Shown in pieces: positions 10,468-21,300 of a stretch of DNA of 55,080 nt (position 1 is the stretch's first letter; every line of letters begins with the position of its first letter). Source of the DNA: Monosiga brevicollis MX1 (lineage: Eukaryota); NCBI RefSeq assembly GCF_000002865.3, contig NW_001865086.1, positions 1-55,080 of the forward strand. The letters are read 5' to 3'. A model generated the notes under the pieces. That model made no database searches and was not told the DNA's origin. It saw nothing but the letters and a program-made list of their open reading frames with translations. The translations under genes were made by a program, and so were the position numbers.

Positions 10468-11258
10468 TGCTTGCTGTTTTGCAGTTTGCGCTTTTCGCTT
10501 GATGCTTGTTCATGCCGCAAGAGCTTCACGCTGAATTGAGTTGCGCCTGATCTTGGTGCGACCACACCCACAGCACATCTTGTCACGCTTCTTACCTACA
10601 AAGCGCGTGGCTTGGAACGCTGGCCAATAAACCTTGGCGCAACCACAGTGTAGGAGCGGCACACCCATGTGCCATGATCCATATTCCCAGCTTTGTAAGG
10701 TGCCGTGCCACGTGCCTAGGAACCCCCATTCCCATCGAAATGTCTGCACATGTTCCAACAGCGAGTATAGATGATGAACGTCGACTTCACTTCACCCATG
10801 ACGATTCTTCAGCGTAATTGGCGATCCCTCTACCTGTCTGATGGCGAGGTTCTCGCCGACCATAACCGCTGGATTGCCAGCCAGCATGCAGAGAGCAGAG
10901 ATTCAGAACGCGGGGGCGGGAATTGGCCGGAACCCTTGTCTCCGACTATGAAAACGCCCAACTCACGTCGCACAACTCGCGCCGCTACAACAGCAACAAC
11001 AACGAGCAAGTCGCCATCTCTCTTCTTCCTCAAGCCCCGGGTCGGCAGGGCTGGAGTTTTGATTCGGCTGTGAATTGGAAGACGGAGCCGAGTGTTGCAG
11101 GCATGTCGGGGATATACGACGACACCACCGTTGATCAAGCCCATAGTTCAAAGTCAATAGCGATCATAATAATCAATCGTGTGCGCGCGCGGGGCATGGA
11201 GGAGCCGAGTGTCGCAGACGCTAGCATGCCTGGGATATAATATAATATATTACATGTA

Positions 11259-13420
11259 TCCCTCCTACTCACTCGTCTCAAACAAAATCTTCACAAGGTT
11301 ATGCCCAAGCAAGTCAAAGCAAATCGTGACAAGTCGTGGCATGATATCAAAAAGTCATAATCACAACTGTTCCTTTCGAAATCGTAAGCAACACTCAATT
11401 TTTTTCCGTTGAAAGTTGAGATGTCAAGGCGACGTGTACGGCGGCAGTTCAAGACGCCAGTTCAGCATGCTCCACCTGATCACCTGCTGAGCTTGCCAGA
11501 ATCGTTGGGTGATGATGTCCCTGGCAGTGGTGCACCATGGGGCTTTGCTGATAACACCCCTGCCAGTGATTCGGAGCCAGTATCGCCCCCCCCAAGCTGC
11601 CTCGGAAGCTGCTCGCACCCGGAGCCCAAACGACCGTGGAAAAAACCGAGTGGGAAGGCGCGTTGGCCGCTATTCGGACAGCGACTGCCGGGCTTTCTTG
11701 GTAGCACTGGATGAGGTCGATGAGCATCAAAAATCGTGTTCTGATAGCAAGATTGCCGCTGTGCTCAAGCGGAAAATTGGAAAACAGATATCAGTCTCAA
11801 CGATCTCAAGATGGCGCCGCGAATATATCCATGAAGCGCCTGAATATGCGCGCTGCAGGCGAGCTGTCTTCAGAAGAACCACATCTCAAACCTCAAAAAC
11901 CACGATCTGGCCGCCCTTCTGTTTTGGATGCTCAGGATGAAGAGATTTTGGCTGAGTATGTCATGCGATACGGCAAGCGAGGTTCGACAGCGGACGCTCG
12001 TGAGTATCTTTACGCAAAGCGCTACAAGCCCCTCGAGCTCAGCCATTCGATCGAGCCTTGGCATGTTTCCCTTGCCACCATTTGCAATCATCTGAAGAAG
12101 CAAAACCGGGATTCTGGAATTGACAGCGAGTACGTTAGTCTACGTCCTCGTCGATATGATTCTTTCGGCCCACAGACCCAAGAGGCTTGCCTCAACTACA
12201 TTACATTCCTGCAAGCCCTGGACAAGGAGCACCTCCTCTTTTCGTCGAACAAGCATGCTCTTCTCTCTGCGGACGAGAGCTGGATGACTACCCAAGCAAC
12301 GCGACACAAAGGCTGGGTCGTTCAAGGACAAGCAAGGAGTCTGGCACCAGCGCCTCGTTCGTCGATCTCTTTCTTTGCAGCATTGGCCTACTCCGGAGAG
12401 ATTGTTTTCTTGCGTACCGACATTGGCAACAGTACAGGCGAGAGTTCACAGCGCTATTTGGAGGGCACAATTTCTGCCTGGCGAAAAAAGTATGGCTCAG
12501 GTCTTCTGGTCGTGACCTGGGACAATGTGCCACATCATTATAAAGCTCTCAGTCTCATGTCCGGCTCTCATGGTGTTGAACACACGAAAAAGGTGTTTGT
12601 GCGCGCCTCAAGCACAATTCCAGAAACTGATGAGCGCTACTCACCGCTCATTTACTATGAGTTGGATCGTGAGCTGTACGGCGGTCCGGTTCTTGTTGTC
12701 CCAATACCAAAATACCAGCCCGACTTTGCTCCCATCGAGACCGTTTTTGGTTCCGTCAAATATGCAGCAGAAGGCATTCGCGCGCGTTCATCAAGCTTTG
12801 GCTACACGCGCCTCTCAGAGAGGCTCGAGAAGATTCTCAACGTTGTTTTTGGATCCTACCTGACAAAAGATATGTTGAAAGGAGCAATCCGTGATACACA
12901 CAGGTACATGAAAGCCTGGCAGGATGGCGCCACAAATGAAGATGAGGCTCGAGCTCGCCGCGACCAGCTACGCATTCGCGACAAACAAGACTATGACCAG
13001 ATCAGGGCCGCAACTGGCGGAATCTTGAGACACAGGAGTGAATCCTTCGAGCTCGCGCCAATCTTGGACATGGCTGTCGACAACTCCCGAACTCGCCGCC
13101 AGACTGCTCGAGCCGTTGCCGCCAGCCAAGAAGACGATGCTAACGTGAATGACTTTAAATCTACATGTGAAAATAAGCGGTTGCTACTACAACGTGACAA
13201 AGCTCAGGCTCGAGCTCGCCGAGCAGCATCAGCTGCTTTGCGCAGCTCAAATTGAACTTCAAAATTTCAATGATCCTCGCGATTTCAACGGAAAAAAATT
13301 GAGTGTTGCTTACGATTTCGAAAGGAACAGTTGTGATTGTTTTGCAGTTGCTCATGACTTTTTGATATCATGCCACGACTTTGTTACCATTTGCACGATT
13401 TTAACCTTGTGTAGGAGGGA
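11259..13420 (+). mobile_element. IS630/Tc1/mariner-superfamily DNA transposon with imperfect TIRs and TA target-site duplication
   Basis: TA at 11257-11258 and 13421-13422; termini TCCCTCCTAC...GTAGGAGGGA; inverted blocks 11259-11414 vs 13283-13420, including aagtcgtggcatgatatcaaaaagtcat and aatcacaactgttcctttcgaaatcgtaagcaacactcaatttttttccgttgaaa; encodes a DDE transposase. Confidence 0.9.
11421..13255 (+). CDS. DDE transposase split over three frames; catalytic ORF 11711-13255
   Basis: HTH-like SDSKIAAVLKRKIGKQISVSTISRWRR (ORF 11509-11940); KPRSGRP linker; LSADESW, VTWDNVPHH and PKYQPDFAPIE catalytic motifs. Confidence 0.8.
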
Positions 13421-13514
13421 TATACCCATAGGGCTCGTTGAACAAGTCCCATAGGAAAAAACAAGAGAGAGTTCACAACAACAGTTTCACACTTGTCATT
13501 CTTTTTTCTTTTCT

Positions 13515-13574
<60 letters not shown>

Positions 13575-13630
13575 ACACACACACACACACTTTTTTTTCC
13601 TTTTTTTAGGTTCTCATAACAACAACGACG

Positions 13631-16081
13631 ATGCACCAACGGCTGGTGCTGGCATGGGGGTTTGCGGTGATGATCGTGCTGACGCTGGTCGTGCATCAGC
13701 TGGGTTCGACTCAATCGACGCTCCCGCCGCGGAAGCAAACTAGTTTGTGTCAGGCATGGGGGACTGGGAGTGGATCTGGGCAGGGTTGTAATCGTAGCCA
13801 ACAACCGCCCGATGCGCGCCACGTGAAGGACGACACCTTTACTCTTTCCCCGAGCGGGAGCAACCACCGCCCCCCGTCTCCACCGGCCACGCTGGCGCCC
13901 AGTCTTACGCCCCGACAAACCACAACCACTGCTCCACCAACTCGCCCCACCACTACCACTCGCCCCACCACCACTCGCCCCACCACCACCACTCGCCCCA
14001 CCACCACCACTCGCCCCACTACCACCACTCGCTCCACCACCACCACTCGCTCCACCACCACCACTCGCTCCACCACCACTACCACCACCACTCGCTCCAC
14101 CACCACTCGCTCCACCACCACTCGCTCCACCACCACTCGCTCCACCACTCGCTCCACCACTACCACCACTCGCTCCAGCACCCCCGCAGTCACCGCTCGC
14201 CCCAGCACTTCCGCAGTTACCATGATGTCCCGCGGCGATCCGAGCGTGCCCCGCGCCTGGCAAGATCAGATTTCTCTACAAACAGACTATGTCGACTTTG
14301 CCTACGAAGAGGTTGACGTCAACTCTAGCTTTTACTTTAAACACGTGTGTCACATCTTCAATCCAACCGTCATTGCTACCCCGACCGGCCCCAACAACGG
14401 CCTCGAGCTCCGCCTCTTTACCCGCTTCACGGGCGGCAACGAATCAGGCCACTTTGTTGACTGCCCCGACCACGACCTCCAGTCCCGCCACCCCTGCCCC
14501 GCTCAAGATTTTCGCGGCTTTTCGTTCCTCCTCACCTGCCGCCTCGATGCCGAGCTTCGTTGCATGTACGTCCCACCCGGTTCCTTCCCGTATCAACAAG
14601 GCGTTTTATTTTTTGTTTTTTGTTGAAGAAAAATACGCAAGCCCCTTTCTTATTCCCATCCGCGCTCCCCGGCTCCGACCCTTGCTCTCTAATTTTTGCT
14701 CCTGTGATTTTCCATCCACAAAGTGAGACGCTGAATCCGCTGCCACAGCAATTCAATTTTGAAGCTGGACGGGATGGCTGGCGCTATCTCGGTCCCGAAG
14801 ATGCTCGCACTTTTGTCATTCAAGACCGTGCCTACATTCTCTTCAACTCGCCCATTCACACTGGCGGCGATGGGCGGTACGTTCGCACTGCAGACACTGC
14901 ATGTTTGTGATTGTTGACTGGTGCCGGTGTTTTTCCCTCTTTCTTCGAACGGGAACTCACCTTGTTACACCTGTGATGGCCTGTTCCGTCCCAACGCAGC
15001 ACGCCCATCAAGGACTCGAGTGACTACTAGTACGTCCATCCAACCCACCAGCGTGATTCGGAGGGGGGTGCAGGAGCAAAGGCCACCTTTCTTCTTTTTC
15101 GCCTTGTTCTGTGTCGGTTGTTTTTTGTTTTTTTTTTTTTTGTTTTTTTTCGCCTTTGCTTTCAGCCCTCACCACCCTGCGTTGTCGACGGGTGGCCTGC
15201 TTTCACAGCCAGCGCCTTATGAGAGTCCAACAGGTTTACCCTACTCTTGGTGAACCGCTGACTTTGATGTATCGCGGGAGCGGTCGGATTGAAAAAAATT
15301 GGTCCTTTCTACGCCATGACCCAGAGACCAACGAGATGTTCTTTAGCCGTTTCTTTGTGCCTCACGAGGTGCGCCGAGCCGTCTGCGACCGCACCGGGCA
15401 CGGCAGAATGGACTGACCCACCCATGCCTCAACCCCTGTGGAATAGGTCGTGGCCTGTCACATGGAGACGGGGGTCTGTCGAAAGGTTGAAAGCTTTGCC
15501 AGCGCGCCCTTGTTGAGGGGTTTGATGCAAACGCTCCGCCTCCAGGTTTGATCCCATGCACAAAAAGAAAGAGAAAAACAAAAGGGTGGGGGCCCTTGGG
15601 CCTCGGATGCTTCTACTCCCCGTGCCGTCTTTCAAGCGTGTGCAGGTGGCTCATGCATCAACTTTTTTTTTTTTTTTCTGCCGTGCTTCACACTCTTTCC
15701 TCTCCTCCTCGGTGTTTTTGCGCAACCTTGCGCTAGAGTTTTCATTTGGCCTCGAACATGCTGCAGTTGTCAGAGCACGAGAACTTTGGCGTGTTGCACG
15801 GTCGTGCGACGACAGACTACTCCTATGTGCCTTTGGCGTACATTGTCGAGCCGGTCCCGCCCTACCGTGTCCTCGGCCTGGGCAAGGAGCAACTGCGGCT
15901 TCCCATCCCCAATCGGCCCGATCCCAGGGGAAGGGATCAGACGCGCCGTGTCTACGTGCATTCGCTCTTTTTGCTCAACACAACACATGTCCTCGTGGGC
16001 TACAACGTCCTTGACCGCAGCACCACCTTTGTCGTTCTCTCCCTATCTTCAATCCTGTCCACCATTCAGCGATTCTTTTGA
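13631..16081 (+). CDS. Type II membrane protein with a Thr-rich mucin-like stalk and a putative beta-propeller glycan-active domain (GH130/GT91 beta-mannosyltransferase-like); multi-exon, internal exons approximate
   Basis: N-terminal hydrophobic anchor LVLAWGFAVMIVLTLVV; (RP/RS)TTTT repeats; FNPTVI, GPEDARTF and IEKNWSF motifs; TGA at 16079-16081. Confidence 0.55.
13920..14180 (+). repeat. Coding tandem repeat encoding RPTTTT/RSTTT
   Basis: actcgc(c/t)ccaccaccacc-type units read directly in the sequence. Confidence 0.9.
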
Positions 16082-16310
16082 GACGCCCGCCGGCCTTTTG
16101 ATTTTTTTTTTTTTAATAATCATCTTTTTTTTGCACATATACATGATATGATCACCAGTGCGCGAGCGTACTTGTTTGCGTGCGTGGGCGCGTGCGTGGG
16201 CGCGTGCGCCGGTTGCCAGAGGGGTCTTTTTATGCTTGATTTTATTTTTTCCCCGTGGCNNNNNNNNNNNNNNNNNNNNNNNNNNNNNNNNNNNNNNNNN
16301 NNNNNNNNNA

Positions 16311-16714
16311 AAAGTCTCCAATGGCTCCACCTACGAATTTAGTAAAGATCAGCGCCAGTCAGTGCGCCCCCTCCTCCCTCTACACCACATTACTTTTGAC
16401 CTCGTGCGCTCTTTGCCCTGCCTTTGCCCCTCCTCAACTACCCTGGTTTTTCCCTCTTTCGAATACCTCTTCCCCCCCCCACCCCCCATTGGTTGGATTG
16501 TTTGCCTCAAAGGCCGAGCAAGGAACTTCTGTGGACCGTGTTCAGGCCATTGCCGCTTCTTCCGCATTACTGGGCACTTCCAGCCGACGCGCGTCTCAGC
16601 CTGCCGAGAGCCCCGAACCGGCGCCGCGGCCCCAGGGATTGCACAGCCCTGGTGGCCCTTCGAACACATCTGCCAGCAACACCTCCATGTCTCGGCCCGA
16701 ATCAGCGCCCCGCC
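16311..16714 (+). other. Possible exon fragments of an unidentified Ser/Pro-rich gene between gaps
   Basis: Open reading AEQGTSVDRVQAIAASSALLGTSSRRASQPAESPEP... after a pyrimidine-rich intron-like stretch; no recognisable domain. Confidence 0.25.
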
Positions 16715-17139
16715 CNNNNNNNNNNNNNNNNNNNNNNNNNNNNNNNNNNNNNNNNNNNNNNNNNNCGGTTTTGGCACCTCCCCTGTCAACACCGGCCTTT
16801 TCTCAGCACCCCACGTGTTATGAGCCTGGGGAATTGTTGGCACGTCGGCATTTGTCCTGTTGAACCGCCACATCTTCGCCCGTTGCTTAGGGGCCCGGTC
16901 TCATCGAGTCCACCTCCCCGTTTGTGCACCTCGCCATGCCAAGCGAGTGAACAAGCCGCCCCCAGAAACACATCTTCCTTTTTTCCCCGAGTCCCTCAAT
17001 GTTTTTGCCCCATTCTCTCACTGACTGATCGATCGACTGACAATCAATCCCGTGCCAGACCTCTTTCGGTTGGCCGTTCATCTCCCATAACTAGACCGCG
17101 TCGCTTTCTGACTAGAAGCTGTCCAATTGAATTCACAAA

Positions 17140-17786
17140 GCTTGACTCTCTTTACTCTCTTTACTCTCTCGCTCTTCTTTTTCTCTTCTTCTTTCTCTCG
17201 TTGTTCCCTGTTACATGTGGTAGTTGTGCTTTTCCTTTGTGTCTTTGCTGTTTACACCTTTCTCTCGTTATTCTCTCTCTCTAATCTCTCTCTAACCAAT
17301 TTTGACTCTCACTCTCTTTACTCTCTTTACTCTCTTTACTCTCTTTACTCTCTTTACTCTCTTTACTCTCTTTACTCTCTTTACTCTCTTTACTCTCTAT
17401 CTATCTCTCTTTGCTCTCTTTACTCTCTATCTATCTCTCTTTGCTCTCTTGGCTCTCTCTCTAACCAATTCATTTCTCTCCCCTCTATCTCTCTCTCTCT
17501 GTGCCTTTGCTGTTTATGCCTTTCTCTTTCTCTAACCTCTCGCTCTCTCTCTCTCTCGCTCTCTCTTTACGCTCTCTCTCTCTCTTTACGCTTTCTCTCT
17601 CTCTCTCGCTCTCTCTTTACGCTCTCTCTCTCTCTTTACGCTCTCTCTCTTTACGCTCTCTCTCTTTACTCTCTCTCTCTTTACGCTCTCTCGCTCTCTC
17701 TTTTTCTTGACGCTCTCTCTCTCTTAACACACTCTCTCTCCCTCTCTCTTTACGCTCTCTCTCTCTTTACGCTCTCTCTCTCTTTA

Positions 17787-17827
<41 letters not shown>

Positions 17828-17910
17828 TCTCTTACATTTTCTTGATGTTGATCTGCTCATCAACGCACATGTAACACGCGCATCGCGCGCTCTCTCTCTC
17901 TCTCTCTCTC
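17140..17910. repeat. CT-rich low-complexity/minisatellite tract (ctctttact and ctctttacg units)
   Basis: Direct inspection. Confidence 0.95.
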
Positions 17911-18063
17911 GTGAAACGGCGGCGGCGGGCGGTGAGTCCGACTTGTTGATGGTGGTGGGGGGTGGGGGTGAATGCAGTGGCGGTGGCATGGTGACGGCCG
18001 TGCGTTTTGACTGCACACATACACGCGCATCCATTCATACACCTCGAGTTGCCTTTCCCGACG

Positions 18064-18097
<34 letters not shown>

Positions 18098-18379
18098 ACA
18101 TCTTGTGACACAAGCAGATTTGGCGTCTTCCACACACACACACACACCGAGAGTCTCCGGTTTATGAAACGGCAGCGCCTCGGTGATCTTCTCAAAGGCT
18201 GATACAACACGCCACACCACGCCACGCCACGCCACGCCACGTCACACACCACCACACACCACACGGACACATAAAGTCGTGCTCCCCCCGGCTTTGCTCA
18301 TTGCGCCTGCCTCCAAGGGCGCATGACGCGCGTCTGCTTGTGTGATGATCAAAGACCCCTTGCTCCCGGCTGGCCTCAA

Positions 18380-21300
18380 ATGGCCTTGACATTCGAGGCC
18401 ATAACCACCATCATCGCCTCGCGGTGCTTTCCTCCCTCTATGACACCCTCCTTCACTCTCTTCCTTCTTCTTCTTTTTTTTTCTCGCCCTTGTCCCCCCT
18501 CTGTGTCTCTTTGGCACATCCGACCGCTGCTCTCCTCAATCTGCCCCCCCCCCCCCCCCCCTTTTTTTTTACTTAGAGGCACAAGGCCGGGTGTTGTGNN
18601 NNNNNNNNNNNNNNNNNNNNNNNNNNNNNNNNNNNNNNNNNNNNNNNNTGATAAACACGCCAGCCAACCCCTCTCCTCCATGTTCGACCTCCCCCGCTTT
18701 CACCCCCCATGCACGCACGCACGCACGCACGCACGCACCTTTTTTTTTTTTTTTTTCTTGACTTTTTTTTTTTTGTTTTTTGTTTTTTTTTCCAATTTAA
18801 ACTCATGCACGCCCGCCGGCAGACCGAATCATGTTATTGACACGCTCGAGCTACCCGACGCACACGATTACGGCTTTAAACTTTTGTGCAACTGCCTCGC
18901 AATGCTCCAAACCAACGGCGGCTTTGCAGACCCTACCCGCCGACCTGAGCTGCTCAAGCATCATTTTTACAACTTGACTTTCGTCGACCTCTTTGCCGTC
19001 GTTTACGCCGGCTTTATCTTGGAGGTACATGCCTCCCCACAACAAGCGACCAAAGGGAAACATGGCCATATTAGACGAGCCTACATCGCGAACACACACA
19101 CACACACACCCCTCCTCTGCCTTTTCCTCCAATCACAACGCCTCACCATTGGCTGGCTCCGTATGTTGCGGGGCCCATTGCTTTATCAGGTGCAAGAAGT
19201 CATGTCGATTGGTTCGGATGCCTTCCGCGACCGAGTAGCGGCGCTGACCGTTGGTGCGCCATGTGCTCATGCCCGTGTCGTTATGCCCTGTCCCTCGGCC
19301 GTGCCCCAGACCTTGACTCTCTCACCCAATTGGCTTACTCGCAGACGAACTCCAGAAGCAGCTTGAAAAGCCAAAGCAAGACACTTGTGCCGCCGATGAC
19401 GGCTTTGAGGTATGCGCTTCTCAACCCTTGCCAAAGCTCCCCTCTGCTCGCTCAACTCAACACAAACACACAATCGCCGTCATGTTTTTCTCAGGTCTTG
19501 AACGTGCCAGCTCCCGAAGAGGCCCCAAAAAACCGCGCTCCTACAACCAAGGTACCAGCCCAGCCCCATGCTTCCCATAAACAACTCAAGACGTCTGCCT
19601 GAATACAATCTCCCTGACCATGGGTTTGAATCGTCTGGTCAGTCATGTCACAGTTGCCACGAGCAACTCGAGATTATTGGCGGCCACCACACGTGCCGCT
19701 CCTGCAACGCATCCCTCTGCCAGGGTTGCACACGATACATTCAGCTTGACCGGGCTTTTGCCGAGGTAAGAGCGAGTCAACCATCACGCACACGCTCAAC
19801 CAGCGCCGGTTCTCCCAACATAACGCCTTACAACCCTCATACCCGACGCCGTGTGCTCTTGTTTTCCCCGCAGCAATTGGAAAACGATGTCGGTATTCCC
19901 TTTTTCACGCGATATTTCACCTATGCCCGCCGTGCCATTTTTGAGAAGACCACTCGCGTCAAAAAAACGCCCATTTGTGACCGCTGCAAGTCCATCCTTG
20001 ATCAAGGTGGGTCACTTTTCATCTTTTTGTTAGGGGCAGGGGGGGGCCGTGTTTCCTGCTTTGTTTCTTGCTTTTTGTGAACGTGTGGCGACAGGCCACT
20101 GGGCTAGGCCAACTCACTGCGTTTGGGCTCGGCCGATCTGGTAGGTCCACGAGCAGAGGAGCAGGTTCTCGAGGCAGCCACCACGTTTCGGTTGGCGCTT
20201 TTGCCGCTTGAAGACCTCATTTTTCTCCAGGAAGTAGACAGTACCTGGCGTCAAGCTGCAGAGCAGTGCATCCAACAGCTGCTGACCGTGAACTATCGCC
20301 TCCTTTCTGCCCACGGCCCCGAGGTTGGTTTGAGCTGGCCGAAACCCATCCAGCCCCACCAAACCCATCGTTGCGTTCCCGCCCTGCCCTGCCCCCTCCT
20401 CCCTCGCCAAATATTTTTAAAAAAACTGACATCGCGCCCATATGCTGCTTTAGGATTTCTCGTGCGAAGAGCGCCAGCTTCTGATGAGAAATCGCTTTTA
20501 TTTGCGTGGACACCCGGAATGGATGGCAACATTGGTATGACCATGTTGTATCACTTTTGGTTCCATTCAACATTGTCCTCATTGTGCCTTACTGCTTTAA
20601 ATCTTCGCACCCCTCCCCAGCTTCGCGCATTCGCCAATTGCACGGCCCGACAGGAAAAGACGCTCCTCGATCTCATCAATATGACGCCAGAGGAGGCAAT
20701 GACACAGATCACCGGCCATTTCGGCCAGTCTCCTTCCAATGTGACGTGTGACCATTTGGGCTGCCAAGAGTATGTCACGTGCTCGGTTCCTGCTTTCTGT
20801 GCAAATTATTGACTCACCGGGCTCGCAATCTCTCACTTGCACATACCACGCATCTCTCAGGCGCTGTCATGACCTTATGTCAGATTACGGCCAATTACTG
20901 CCCCCAACAATGGCCTTGACGCTTTTAAGTCCACTTGTGGGAATGACCAGCCCAACTTTTCGCCATTATTGTCTCGAGTCACTCAAGTCGTTCTGGAATG
21001 CTGAAATGGGCCGCCATATCCTTACCCAGCTCGAGGCTATTCTCATGGTGCGCGGGAATGCAGACGAATTTCCTCCCATCTGGGCATTGCTTTTGGATTG
21101 GGCAGAAGAGCTGGAGGTTTGTGCACATACCCCATCCGTGTGGGCGGTGTTATGGATTTGATATCACAGTCACTTGTCATACCTCATCACCGCGCTGTTC
21201 ACCGGGCATGGCAGTCCTTTCGAACCGATCTCTATTGGCTGCTGCAGTGCATGCTGGGTGAGCCAAGAAACACATCACGAGCCTTGCGCATGCTGTTGGA

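Noticed and set aside
10510..11240. Short ORFs and a degenerate direct repeat (ggagccgagtgt...gggatata at ~11083 and ~11199) left of the transposon
   Set aside because: No recognisable domain; the repeat lies outside the TIR/TA boundary and is too short to interpret
17127..18098. Long Leu/Ser ORFs here and at 31264-31632, 42340-42801 and 52270-53144
   Set aside because: Translations of CT microsatellites
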